From: Hydrolagus affinis
Taxonomy: Eukaryota
DNA length: 64,000 bases
Direction: 5' to 3'
NCBI GenBank assembly: GCA_012026655.1
Contig: JAAILG010000703.1
Span: 1-64,000, forward strand
In this document: in pieces, positions 27,808 to 40,985 of the stretch
Layout of the letters: every line of letters begins with the position of its first letter
How positions within the stretch are numbered: the first letter of the stretch is position 1
Program-made: the position numbers and the translations under genes
The notes under the pieces: generated by a model
Seen by the model: the letters and a program-made list of their open reading frames with translations, nothing else
Database searches by the model: none
What the model was told of the DNA's origin: nothing

Positions 27808-27962
27808 ACAACAACAAAATTACACTTATATAACGTCTTTCACGTCAGAAGGACATCCCAAGGCGCTGGACAGTCAATGTTTCATACCTGAGTTGGGTTT
27901 GCAGACAGGGAGGGTGGATAGAAAGGGGGGCATTTAGGGAGACCGATGGGAAGGACGAAGAG
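27808..27962 (-). mobile_element. L2 3' tail fragment
   Basis: caacaacaaaattacac...ggacatcccaaggcgctggacagtca. Confidence 0.8.
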
Positions 27963-27964
27963 TC

Positions 27965-28412
27965 TCTACCGCTCCAAGCATCTCCCACATCCTCAACCAA
28001 CTCCATTGGCTCCCCATCACCCAGAGGATCCAATTCAAGATCCTGGTCCTCATATTCAAAGTCCCCCACGGCCTCGCCCCACCCTACATCTGCGATCTCC
28101 TAACCCCCTATCAACCTGCTCACCCCCTCCGCTCAGCCAGCCTGCTCCATGCCCCCGCCCCACCATTGGCGGGCGAGCCTTCAGCCACTCTGCCCCCAAC
28201 CTCTGGAACTCCATCCCGCAGTCCCTCTGCCCTCACCCCCTCCCTGGCCTCCTATAAATCCCGCCTCAAGACCCTCCTCTTTGACGATCCCATCGGTCAC
28301 TCCAAATCCCCACCTTTCCCTTCACACTTGGGTCTGAAACAATGACTGTCCAGCGCTTTAGGACTTCTTCCTGATGTGAAATGCGCTATACAAGTGTAAT
28401 AGTGTTGTTGTT
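27965..28412 (+). mobile_element. L2 3' fragment
   Basis: LHWLPI/RIQFKIL-coding remnant and a tail ending gtgttgttgtt. Confidence 0.85.
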
Positions 28413-29065
28413 AAAAATGTATACAATTGTAACTTACCATTCTAAATTTGTAACAATAGCATGGTCTGTATTGTATATATGAATCACAGAAAAAAAAGAT
28501 ACTGTACAATAAATCCATGCATCTAAATTAAAATCAAAGGTTGCTGAAATTTACTATCCTTTCTTTGGAATGAGCAGAATCTGTTGGAATCGTTACTACC
28601 TGCATCTGCTAGAACTATTTTATTTGTTCAGAATTTGAAATTGCGAAACCAAAGCATGCAACAAAGATGATTGCTGTCCCAAAAGCCTCAATGATAGATT
28701 TAACACAGGCAACAATTAATTTCAGCTTTAAAAGTGCCTTGTAGCCAGCTGTTCATCTGAATCTATTTCATGTGCAAAAGCGACAGGTACGGTCTACTTT
28801 CACAACATAATTTTTGCCTCACCTTAACCAGATGGTAACTTCACAAAAAAAATCAACATTTAAAAAAAACTTAACGGCAATAACATGCAAATTATTATAA
28901 GAAAGTTAGAGAAATTGAGATTTATTTTCAGCAGACTCCATATCCAATATATATGAGTCTGAAAAAAAATCCATCAAATTTAATCAGAAAAAAATCTGAT
29001 CATATATAAACATGTTAATTCAATAAGTGGCAAAGAGATCAGATTGCAGATCGCTGTAAACTCAC

Positions 29066-29195
29066 CATGCTCGACAGAGAGATCATCTGGTAGAAACTCT
29101 GGAAACTGGCTTTCAGAGGGAACACTGACAGTTCGCCTCAGTAGCCTTGCCCTACACGATTCTGCCCGCCTCTCTTGCAGTAGAAATGGATGAAT
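29066..29195 (-). CDS. DAB2IP: Next coding exon (130 nt, phase 0 to 1) of the same RasGAP gene
   Basis: Minus strand: tttttttttcag|ATT CAT ... GAG CAT G|gtgagt. Encodes [51 protein letters not shown] is a family hallmark, and the phase matches the upstream exon (intron 29196-37381). Confidence 0.9.
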
Positions 29196-30419
29196 CTGAA
29201 AAAAAAACATAGTCTATGACTCTTCAAACCGCCAGGGGATGAACTGTCCACAAACATCTTGATTGGAATAGCTTGCTCATCAGTCAACTGTGTCAATAAT
29301 TTTTTTTATTACACTGTAGGGATCTAGAGAGCGTATATCTGACTTAGTGCAGTCAAGGCTATCAAGCCTCCTAATGCATTTTAATTACAGATAGGTCATT
29401 GGAATGATCCATCAGTTGAGAAGCTATAAAACAATGCGTCATAATAAGGCAATGCGGGTGTAGACAATGAAAACCAGCCCAGAAGTAGCAATTACCACAT
29501 ACCCAACATGTGCACTTTGCACACCCTTTATGTTTTCTGATTCATGTTTAAGCCTACGTTCATTCATACCCAGTCTTATCTCTTCCATTTATATAGCATC
29601 CTTCATTTAAGATAATGTCCGAGCATTTCACAAGCATGAGGTCAGGTGCAAAGTGACGAAAGAGGAGGTGGAGTAGGGACACACTTATTCAATAGCTGCA
29701 GCCACTGTAGATAAGCTTGTCAAGGCTTCCAGGAGAAGATGCTAGCCGTTGAGAAGCAACATGGCCAAAGATTAGGTCCTACTGGCAAACCTTTTCTACT
29801 CCCTTTTTAATATCTAAAGAATGTCAGCCATTTTTATGATATTCTTCACAGCTTCTAATTCACATTTAGAGTGCTTTAAAGTGAAGCTCATATCCCCAAA
29901 GTGTGAAAGTTTCTTTGCTACTTTTTAAAAAAAAATACAGATTTATGATGAATATGGGAAATATGCAGGTGACTGGGTTGAAGAATGGTTTCTTTCAAGC
30001 TGGTCTGCAATCACATAGTAATCGACAATTGCTGAGAGCAATGTGACCAACACAACAGTCCAGCTCAGAATGAGCCACTGAACAGAATAGCACTCAATCT
30101 TACTGGTGATCCTCTGTGCAGGAGCAACACATTGCAGAGTTAAGAAGGATTACTGCTATCCCAGAATAGATTCATATCTTTTATTTGATCCATTGCAATA
30201 CAGCGCAGTCAATCCCTCCCTCTAACAATAACAAGGCTATCTGTTACTCAGGTGATCATTTTACATTGCTACATTAACTGGTAGTTATATCATGACTGTA
30301 CACATTATTATTTGATGGGATGTACAAACAACTCCATTTGTTCCTGTGGGTTCCAATTACATTTAGTGACTTCAATCAATATTCTATATCTTTTGTACAT
30401 TGTAAGTTTTGCTCACAAA

Positions 30420-30535
30420 ATATCCTGTCAATTAATTTTCCTGTATATTCTGTGAAGCGTTTTGAGATGTCTCGAAGATGTGATAAGACGCTATCAAATG
30501 CAAGGATTATTATTAGTAGTAGTAGTAGTAGTAAA
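30420..30535 (+). mobile_element. SINE tail with (TAG)n microsatellite
   Basis: tattctgtgaagcgttttgagatg...aaatgcaaggattattattagtagtagtag. Confidence 0.7.
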
Positions 30536-31199
30536 TACAGCTTTTTTGGGGACACAACTGTTCTTAAACACAAAAATGCATAATTTACAAATATTTTACC
30601 GTATCAATCACTCTTCTTTAGAAAATTTTGCTGAAATCCATGCTAAGAAATATTGCACACTGGAACATATTTCCGACCGCAGAGATTTTCAACATTCTCA
30701 GGAGAAGCAGCAGCATTCTTTTAAAATAGAATAGATCACTGTCCAGGTGGAAGCGATTACGGTTGGATCAAAGCACCAACCATTACTGCGCTGACAGAAT
30801 TCAGTTACACCAAATGCCTTCCATTTCATAGACTGATTCATGCAGCTTTCAAAAAATGAGATTTAAAAAATTGTCAGAAGTATACTTAATTTCTTATAAC
30901 TGCCAGCCACCATCTTACTCAGGCCCAGAGCTGCACAGAAATGAAAATGTTATTAAATTTCATCAAACAACTATTAATGGCAGCACCATTTATGTCAGAC
31001 CCACATTAAAAGCAATTGCTGTACTATCCTATCATAAATTCAGAAAAGAACCCGTACAGTTTAGGGCTCCCTCATTAATAGCAACACTACATACAATTAC
31101 TGTATGTTACATTGCCCTTCAAAGACAGAATTAGTCCAAGTACAGTACTTTAAAAAAGAATAAAACAGTGCTACCCATAGCAAGCAGCTAGCCCTACAA

Positions 31200-31500
31200 A
31201 CAACAACTTTGATTTATATAGCGCCCTCCACGCCGGATGGCGTCTCAGAGCGCTTCGCACAGCGAAGTAGGCAGAGTTGAAGTATACAAAGTAGGAATTT
31301 AACAGAGATTAAGGCCCTGAGGAGGGTTGAGGGAACAGAATAATAGTAATAATAATCCTTGCATTTGATACGGCGCCTTATCATACCGTTGAGACGTCTC
31401 AAAGCGTTTCACAGGATATACTGTAAATTTTGGTGACTGTATTTTATGAGCAAAACACAGCAGCGTGCCACATACAGTCATGAATTGAGTGACCATATTT
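31200..31500 (-). mobile_element. L2 tail of a second subfamily (31200-31270) plus SINE 3' half (31340-31500)
   Basis: agcgccctccacgccggatggcgtctcagagcgct tail, then aataatccttgcatttgata...cagcagcgtgccac. Confidence 0.7.
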
Positions 31501-32859
31501 TTGGGAATCACTGGTTTGACTTGATTGTTCATACTAGCTATAAAACAAGGAACAGCATGGTAACACTGCAGATTGAAACTCCAGTGAAATGCTTTGGGGC
31601 AAGGTAGATAAAGGATTTTTATTGATGGACTTGCCAAAAAGGGCGAGCTACATATTGGTGGTGATGGAAAACTGCCAAACAGAGCCAGATGAGTCTCTAC
31701 AAGAGGAGGCTAGAAATAGAAACACAAGTGATTTCAGGCTACCAATCAGACTCCTGGAAATGCCACACAAAACCATAAAAATATTGGGGGAGGGGGGGCA
31801 AGAGGAAAGTGAAATAAAATAAGAACAGATTTTTCTTTCAATAATTTATCTCAACAGTTACTTACACATTCTTATATTATTTATTATTTAACTTTTGCTC
31901 ATTTGTACGATCAGCAGGTACATCCTTGTGTGTCGATCCGACCTTGTTAAAGTAAATAAATACGCTGCTTTGAAGAACAGATATTATGAAGGAACAATAC
32001 ATTAAGATGTGGATATCTGATTAAATCTCAGTGACCTGAGCATGAGGTGTTTAAACCATCACTCTTAATTATTACAGAATGCATAAAAACATCTCTGCGT
32101 GTGCCGTTACAAGATAGATAATCAAAATGGATCATTCTCACTGCAACTGCATTAGTTGCTGGCCCAGATAAAATGAAAGAAAGCAGTCTTTGAATTAATT
32201 TTTTGTAAAATTCTTTGGGACACGGTTCTAAATGTAATATCATTTATGGAAAATTAGTTCTGTATCCCCCTCAGACTTAGTAAATTGTACAGCTAGTACA
32301 GAGCTCTGAATACAGTCGGTTAAAATCTTCTTGTTTGCTCCATGTTATGACTCTGTCTCAGTCAAAGTCACCATACAGGCTACATGTTTTTATGTCTTAT
32401 CCCATTATCGAGAGCATAATAATGAAGTCCCAGCGTAGTGTTGCACAGCATCGCACAAATATACATCAATGGAGTAATTTAAGCAGACACCTGAATCTCC
32501 TATGTTGATCTTCAATAAGCAAAATATGAAAACAACAGTTATTTCCAAATTAATTGAATAACTTAATTGCTTGAAAGAAAAATTTAGAGTTTGATACAAG
32601 TCCCACCCAGCAAGCAGCACCTCATTAGAGCCAGAAATTCAGAAACCAAGGTTGCAGGTTTTAACAAGTTGCAGAAGGTAGTGAATTTTACAGAACATTA
32701 GAAAGCTGAGATAGAAATAGCTTCAGAACAACGGAATGTTCTCAGGGCAGGATGTATGTTCACAGCTTGAGCAGGAGATGGGACACATTACAAATGTATC
32801 ATATATGTATAATATGTGCTCCCATGTCATAATTGAAAGCCTTGAACATTATGACAATA

Positions 32860-34600
32860 ACAACAAAATGACATTTATAGAGCGCCTTTCATGTCGCCCT
32901 CCACGCCAGATGGCGTCTCAGAGCGCTTCACAATAGCGGATTCCGGGACCGAGCCAGGGGTAGAAAGGTGACCAAAGGCGCGGTCGAAGAGAAAGGTCTT
33001 CAGCTGGGACCTGAAATTGAGAAAAGAGGGGGCGAGGCGAAGGTAGTGAGGAATGAAATTTCAGAGCCTTGGGGCATACTGGCTGAAGGCACGGCCGCCG
33101 AGGGTGGAGCAGAGGATTCGGGGGACATGGAGGAGGCCAGACCCAGTGGAGTGAAGGCAATGGGAGCTGGTTTGAGGAGAAAGGAGGTCAGAGAGGTAGG
33201 GGGGTGCAGAGGAGTGGAAGGATTTGAAAACAAGGGTGAGGATCTTGAAGTCAATCGTCTCTGGGATAGGGAGCCAGTGAAGTCTGGCAAGGACTGGGGT
33301 AATGGGGGAGCGAAGCTTGGTGCAGGTGAGTATGCGGGCGGCAGAGTTTTGAATGAGTTGGATTTTGTGGATTGTGGTGGATGGGAGACCGGCGAGGAGG
33401 GCATTGGAATAGTCCAGCCGTGAGGTGACAAAGGCGTGGACCAGGGTTTCAGCGGCTTTTGGGGTGAGGTATTGCTGGAGACGGGCGATCCGTTGGAGGT
33501 GGAAGAAGGCGGCGCTGGTGAGGGGAAGGAAGGACAATTGGGGGTCGAATCTGACGCCTATGGCCTCCGTCTTGTCGACATTCAACTCCAAGAAATTTGC
33601 ACTCATCCAGCGCCTGATGTCTGACAGGCAGGCTGACAGAACATCAGGGGACAGGGGGGTCACAAAGTGAAGTGGAGAAATAGAGTTGCGTGTCATCCGC
33701 ATACATTTGGAAGTGTGCCCCATGTTTGAGGATGACATCCATAAGAGGGAGTGTATGGATGAGGAAGAGGAGGGGGCCAAGGATGGATCCCTGGCGTACC
33801 CCACACCAGGGTAAGAGTGGGAGGAAAAGCTATTCGTGGCGATGTACTGCTGGCGGTTTGTGAGGTAGGACTCGAACCAGGCGAGTCCGGTCCCACTGAG
33901 GTGGATGAAGAGGACAGGCGGTGGAGGAGGATGGCATGGTCGACTGTGTCAAACGCAGCGAACAGGTCCAGGAGGATAAGGAAGCAGAGGGAGACCTGGT
34001 CACAGATAGAGAGGACGTCGTTTGTGACTTTCACAAGTGCAGTCTCTATACTGTGGGCAGGGCAGAAACCGGACTGGAGGGGTTCGAAGAGGGAGTGGGA
34101 GGAGAGGTGGACGCAGAGTTGCAACAACCCGTTCCAGTGCTTTTAAAATGAAGGGCAGGTTTGAAATAGGGCGGTAGTGGTTAGGGTTTGAGGGATCTAG
34201 GGAGGGTTTTTTAAGGAGGGGGGTGATGGCAGCAGTTTTGAGGGGGGCAGGGACTGATCCTGTGGAGAGGGACTGGTTGATGATATCAGCCAGCAGTGGG
34301 CAGAGGAGGGGGAGCTGGGTGAGCAGTAGATTGGTAAGGATGGGGTCGAGGCAGCAGGTGCTTGGCTTCATGGAGGTGAGAGTGCATGAGAGAAAGGAAA
34401 AAGAGACTGGGGAGAAGGAGTGTAGGAAGGGGGTCGAGGTAGGAGCTGATGACGGGGAGGGTGAAGGGGATGGGTTGGGGGTGGTAATGGGTGACGAGAG
34501 GCAGGATGATGACGCTGCCTGGCAGATACTGTGGATTTTGGAGGAAAAGAAGTCCATGACCTCCTCGCACTTTGCATTTGTGCAAGTGCATTCACACTTT
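32860..34600 (-). mobile_element. 5'-truncated L2 LINE with ORF2 RT remnant broken by frameshifts
   Basis: Successive ORFs give LLKKPSLDP..YRPISNLPF, QSGF..HSIETAL, LLDLFAAFDTVDH, MYADDT (about 33692-33709), SRLDYSNALL, IQNSAAR and LHWLPI; 3' tail at 32860-32930. Confidence 0.95.
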
Positions 34601-35789
34601 GCATCCAACAACAAAATTATATTTATATAGCACCTTTCACGTCAGGAGGACATCCCACCTTTCACATGGAATGCAGGTTGCTTAAAACATTATTCCCATT
34701 TTCAAAATTTAGACAATCTTATATCTTCTTCCTTCCAGAAACTGCTCTCAACATTTCAAATGTAAATATTTTTTTCAGTGCAGTAACTGGAAGAATGAAG
34801 CTAAAAGCTTTCAAAAATGATCAGGCAAATACAGGAAGTAGAAAATAACATTTGAGAAAGATTGAGAGAACAGGGAAAACAAAAAGGCAAAATATTCTAA
34901 TTCTAAAAAAGTTATTTTAACTTGTATTGTTATATATATTTTTGTTAGCCTTTACATATTAATAAAACTAGCCTGATGATTATTACTGTAATGTTAGTGC
35001 TGATTGTGTACATTGACTGATTGTCAATTCAGTGCAAAGAAACATTTGCAAAATTATATAGGATTTAGATTGGGTTTCAATACTAAAGATAAAGACCAAT
35101 CTGATGAAGTCACTAGCTATTTGTTTACTTGGGATTTTATTTACTTTGTGGGCATTTCGCCCAGAAAATATACAGTCAATTCACTTTACAATACTTAGCA
35201 TCTTATAGAATTCTAGCATAATGACCTGCAACAAAATTCAGCTTGCCACTGCAACTACAACATTAAATGGGAACTCTTAAGGACACAAGTACTTTACTGG
35301 GTTCCAATGTGTATGTTGGCTGGTGGAAGACAGGAATCATCAGCTGTTACTGCAATCTCAAGCACTTAAAAGTTTCTCTCAATTAGAATAATTTCAACCA
35401 TACAGCACATATAAAACCCTGCTAAATTACTTCCCAAAAGGCCTAAATTTAGAAATTGGAAGCACTCAATTCCACTTGGTTTGGATTTGTTGTGCAATTC
35501 GTCGATTTAAAGGGTCAGGCTCCACTTCTAAAATGTAACCAAATACTCTTGGTATAAATATTTGAGGCTAGTGAAATGGATTTAATTGGGCTGGCTATCA
35601 ATAGGGAATAACAACAACAAAATTACATTTGATGAGCCCCTTTCATGTTGGGAGGACGTCCCAAGGCACTGGGAATTATCAATATTACCCTACATGATCT
35701 AGTCCATATGAATCGAAAAGGCATCCAATAAATAATCTCAAAGTCATATTCTTAAATATGTAGTACTTGAACCAAACTGTTTTTCGTAA

Positions 35790-35995
35790 AGTGCCTACAT
35801 CAGGTGAGATGTTAAACCAAGATCCTGACTGTCTGTTCTTTGGGTAGACATTAAAGATCCTGTGACAACAATTTACTATAGAAAAGGTATTTCTGTTTGT
35901 GGGGCATTGCTGGAGAAAATGGCTCCCGTGGGTGCCTAGAAAACAGTATTTCCACGTGAAGTGCTTTCAGACACTTTGACCGATATAATAAAAAT
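35790..35995 (+). mobile_element. Old DeuSINE-like remnant
   Basis: ggtgagatgttaaaccaagatcctgactgtctg...gacattaaagatcc...gtttgtggggcattgctg. Confidence 0.5.
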
Positions 35996-37381
35996 TCAAA
36001 TTCTGTTCTAGAATTCTGTACATCAACCAATTGTATTTAACACTGGGAAGTTCTCCCTCCCACCACCCCCCTCCCCACCCCCCCACTCTCGCATTAACCT
36101 AACACAGTTACTGCTTTCTCCTGAAGACTAGAATACCAACCAGCATGTGTCCTTCATCTGTTGCTATGCAACATTATTCTTCCTTCACCTCTGCTAAACC
36201 AGCATACATTATGCCTTCCATTAGCTCTCACCCCACTCAATATATAGAGCAAATATTGATGCAATCACCATTAAATGATGCAATGACTTTGCAGCTCAAT
36301 ACAAATATATGTTCTTTGCAAGCACAAAACTAGAAATTCAGGATAAATCTAACCTTTAGTGTACAATTAGAAGATCATGATGACCTGTGAGAGAAATGAA
36401 TGTATACAAAGCACGAAACATGCATCTTACACAAGCAAAAACCTGGAGTCTAACATTTCCACATACTCCGATACAACCTCAGTATCAGCTTTCCAAGGTC
36501 ACATTCACATTGTTAGAAATACTGAAAGTTTGTTTGATTCAAACCACTAGCTGATAATAACATCCCTATTGTTCAAAACATTGAAGCCAAATATTGAATC
36601 AACACCGAAAAAGGGAACTTTGATAATCTAATGCTATTTTTTCAGAACTATCAAAATGCAAACAGAAGCGTTTAAAAACATATATACATCATCTATTTTT
36701 AAAATTGCACTTCATTGTAGATAGCAGGCAGAACTATTCTCCATTGATTTACAATGGGAGAGGGGGGGGGCGAAGGGATACAATTATTGTTAAATATTTG
36801 AAATCCAGAAGTGAATTTATACAACCAAAATGTGGTCTAAATTGTTTATAATGGAAAAATTGGGATTAAGTGCAAAGGTTCTGCGTATGATTTGGAATGC
36901 AGTGCACAGTTTTGTCGTTCTAGTAATTGGTAACTATTCGACATCTCATCAGCTTGCTTCAGTTACGAAAAAGCAGATTTGAGAGGATCACACACATAAA
37001 CCCAGTCTGGGGCAAATCTATCAACTCCATAATCAGTGAGCATGTGGGCAATCTGCAAAATGCGCAATGCTTGCAATCCTTTCCTTCCTAACTTATTTCA
37101 TGATTAATCCTTGCATTTTGATTAAATGTAGCTGAAAATAATTAGAGGGAAAAAAGTAATAGAAAACACAAGTTTCTAAATATTCTTGTTTCGACTTTTA
37201 TCTTTAAAAACAGAAATAATACTTAGCAATTTGCTAATTGTCTCAAAACGCTTCACAGAACATATTGCAAATTGGAGTGACTGTGTATTTTGTGGGCGAA
37301 TCGTGGCAGTCAATTATGCACAGCAGTTAGTTACATGTGTTTCTACTATATTTAAAAAAAAGAAAGCTCTTTTTCACTTAC

Positions 37382-37503
37382 CTGTTCTTTATCCAACAGC
37401 AGCAGTTGACTCTCTGTGACAACACAAAATTTGGGGTTCCATATCGTACGTTCGTAATGTGACTTTCCACAAGATATTCTGTGAGTGGGTGGGCCTCGTA
37501 CAT
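37382..37503 (-). CDS. DAB2IP: Internal coding exon (122 nt, phase 1 to 0) of a SYNGAP1/DAB2IP/RASAL2-family RasGAP; N-terminal part of the split PH domain
   Basis: Minus strand: ttttcccag|AT GTA CGA ... GAA CAG|gtaagt. Encodes (D)VRGPPTHRISCGKSHYERTIWNPKFCVVTESQLLLLDKEQ, which resembles RASAL2 DVKGPPTHRLSCGQSPY...KYCILTDSQL and SYNGAP1 DVRGP...WNPRFCII.GNQLLMLD as I recall them. Family call is strong; DAB2IP is assigned by exclusion (about 0.65). Confidence 0.9.
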
Positions 37504-37602
37504 CTGGGAAAAGAAATGTACGTTCAGCTATTCTCAGAAAAATCCGGAAACATTTTGTTGAAATATTAGGGGAGGAAAGAAGTGATACTTTATATATATC
37601 TA

Positions 37603-37818
37603 CAGTAAAAGCCTTTTTATCTGGCACCCAATCTAACCGTAACTTCTGTATAACCGGCACCTCAAAAAAAAAGTCCACATTCGATTAACCAGAATTTATC
37701 CGGAAAAATGCATTATTATCAAAACATTTTTTGGGGGTGTTTTCGGCTGAATATCTGGCACGCACTTTAATCAGTATTGGTCAGATCCCGAAGATGCTAG
37801 ATAAACGGGCTTTTACTG
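37603..37818. mobile_element. Tigger-like MITE, same family as 15065-15276, opposite orientation
   Basis: TA|cagtaaaagcctttttatctggca ... gataaacgggcttttactg|TA. Confidence 0.9.
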
Positions 37819-37887
37819 TATACAGTATATTAGAAAAACAGACTGGTCTCACAACTCACATCAACAAAACTACATCAAGTTAACATA

Positions 37888-38028
37888 AAACAAAAGGCAA
37901 ATTACAGCAAATGCTGGAAATTTGAAATAAAAACAGAAGTCACTGGAAACACTCAGTAGATCAGGCAGCATCTATGGAGAGATGAAAGTGGGTTATCATT
38001 TTTGGTTGACCACTATTTGTCAGAACAG
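37888..38028 (-). mobile_element. Single-arm Penelope pLTR-like element
   Basis: aatgctggaaatttgaaataaaaacagaag...tcaggcagcatctatggagag, ending in a decayed hammerhead-like segment. Confidence 0.65.
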
Positions 38029-39942
38029 GTTAAGATACTGTTTTCTTGTTGTTCAATCGCTTTATTATATAAGTACATTAATACATTTTAAAATTAGATT
38101 TCATTAAAACTATTCAGCCAAATAACTCCCTATAAAAAATGTAATCATGTTGTCAAATTAGCTGACCGCTCTATATTTTGATTATCAAGTTGACTATTCT
38201 AACCAGAATACACACAATACAAAAAAAAACAGAATTCCCTTCAATTCTCAAAATCTTCCCGTGTTGAAAGTAGCTGAAGGCTTACTATAAACATCCAAGC
38301 AAGAGTGCACTTGGCTAGTTTGAGATGTTTAGATAACTATGGTTAAAAAGTGACCATCTTCTTTTAAGTTACATCCATGTACTGTACTGGTTTCCAATAA
38401 ACCACAGCCATTAAATAACTGTAGTTTGTGGAATTTTCCACTGGTCCCTTTCCCAACATTTCTCCAGTTGATGAAGTACAACACTGTTATAGTTCTTGCT
38501 GAGCTGAGATTCTGTTGTTACAAATGCAGCATTAATGGACTCTCTTCCACATCCACACATATTATTAATTGCACCACTGGGTGCATCCCTCTCCTCCAGT
38601 GATCTGCTATTATTCAAATGGCTGGGGATGGGGATGGGGGGGGGGATTGGGAGGGGCAGTGCTTTATAAGTTTAAGTTGTTGTTGTTGTTGTGTGGGGGT
38701 TGTTGGCGAAACGTTAACCTAGAACCTTCTGCAATTGGACAGTCAAGCTAACTGTATTTATATAATACCTTGCCATGAACACAGTTATGAGAACACAAAT
38801 CAGACCGCAGGGGAAGTTTCCATTTCCAGCTTGATTGATGATTGACAGTGGCAATAATGTAATATCTGATTAACGCAGCACTGAATATCCATCAAACCAA
38901 GTGCAGGACAGGTATAGTCGAAAAAGGTACCGCAGATGCATATGACTGGCAATTCATCTGGGCACTGCAACTTGTCGCACGCTATTCAATTGAAAGCAAT
39001 CTGCACAATAGAAGATAGTTGCAGGCATGAATTTAAAATTGATTCCATTGTGTGTAAACACTTTCAATATGGTGTAAACTGGATATAAAATGAGTCTCAT
39101 CATCAGTACTTCATAATAATAAAACAGTTGCAGTGAAAGCAGATTACTGTTGATGATTTTTACTTGAATGATGATTGATGCAAATATGTCAGATATTAGC
39201 TTGGCTCAGACTTAGAAAATTCAGGAGTCAAATGCCATGTTTTACAGCATTGGAGCATTTGAGATATTTCAGTTTTATGAAATGAAAGGAATATTATTAA
39301 ATATGAAAACATTTACAGAATCAAAAAAAGATCATGTGCCAAAATACCAATTCAACAATCTTGGAACCACTATATAAATATTGAATAAATATTAGGTATT
39401 GGATCTAATAAGTCATTAAGATTATGCAAGCAGATACCAGTGGTAATTAAGTTGAAGGGAGAAAATTCTAAATATGGAACAAAGGAAAAGCAGAAGCCAA
39501 TTCAGCCCCTTGAGCCTGTTCTGACATTCTATCAAATCATGCCTGATCTATACCTCAGCTCCAAATTCTAAACCTTCCCCTCCCCTATACAACCAAAAAT
39601 GAAAATCTTTCACAAAACTACAATGGTAATTTTCATGCCATGGGAAAATTGAACACTGAAATCTCAATCCATTTTACTCTGTATTCTTCAACAAAATCAT
39701 AGGTAAAGTACCCGACCATTTCTGCCAGTTGCAAAAATCAATTTACTGCAGTAATGACATTTAGATTAAGCACGAAGCCCAATATTCAGTCTAATAGTTT
39801 GAAGCTCCCTGGAGTGGATATAATCCATTCAGGATATTTATTTTACACAGACCTTAAGAACAGATATTCGGATGCAATCCAAGCTTTCCAACATTTACAC
39901 TCTGCTACCGATCTTGAATCATGACAATGATAAGGTGAATAC

Positions 39943-40370
39943 AAACAACAACAAAATTACATTTGTATAGCGCGGTTCACATCGGGAGAACACCCCAAGG
40001 TACTGGATAATCAGTGTTTCGGACCCGAGCTGGGATCGGGATAGGGCAGGGGGCTGATTAATGGAACGGTCAAAGAGGAGGGTCGTGAAACGGGACTTGA
40101 GGTAGACTAGCGAGCGTGTAAGGCTGAGAGATTGTGGGATGGAATTTCAAAGGGACTTTGAAGTTCAGAATGGTTCAAGCCTCGCCTGCCTAAGGAGGGG
40201 CGGGTGGGTCGGAGTCGTGGAACAGGCCAGAGTCAGCTGAGCAGAGGGAATGGACAGGTTGGTAGGGGATTAGGAAGTTGCAGAGGCAAGGCCATGGAGA
40301 GCCCTGAAGATGAGGACCAGGACCTTGAATTAAATCCTCTGTGTAATGGGAAGCCAGTGGAGTCAGGCGA
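39943..40370 (-). mobile_element. L2 3' fragment
   Basis: Reverse-complement tail and body (gaggaccaggaccttgaatt...gggaagccagtggag). Confidence 0.8.
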
Positions 40371-40514
40371 GAATGGTGGTTTAAACAACTTTGAAGGTGA
40401 TCAGAAGCTAAATGTATCTGCTCCAGTGGTACATCAAGAATTGAGTTGCACCTCATTGTGTATAAGAAACAGATGTAACAGCTGTCTCACAGATAACAAT
40501 AAAAAAAGTAAATG

Positions 40515-40985
40515 TAATAATAAACCTTGCATTTGATATAGCACTTTTCATATCTTCTACACATCTCAAAGCGCTTCACAGAATATACTGTAAGTGAATT
40601 GACTGTATATTTGTGGGCAAAACGTGGCAAACAATTCCACACAGCAGCGTCCCACAAACAGTTGTGGATTGAATGACCAAACTTTTTTTTCTTGTGTGAT
40701 TATTACTGGGCGTGTGGAGTAAGCAAAATTTTCCAAGGTTTTGCCCTGTCGGGAATCAAACCCACATCTTTTGCTTGCAAGATTTAAGGTGTCAGGATAC
40801 AAGTTTATTGTTAATGTGCAATAATTAACAATAGTTTAATTCATATTTTTACTTCGCAACAGTAATAGATTATATAAAAGGAAACATTAGGGTGAAATAT
40901 CAGATAATAATAATCCTTGCGTTTTGATATAGCACTTTTCAAGTCTTCTAGACGTCTCAAAGTGCTTCACAGAATATACTAAAAA
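40515..40985 (-). mobile_element. Short-form SINE (40515-40785) and a separate SINE tail (40905-40985)
   Basis: Both are colinear with the 42461-42745 copy. Confidence 0.75.

Noticed and set aside
28430-28470. Strong minus-strand donor ATG|gtaagt with a possible 28-nt exon
   Set aside because: Weak acceptor, frameshifting length, and the upstream ATG frame hits a stop.
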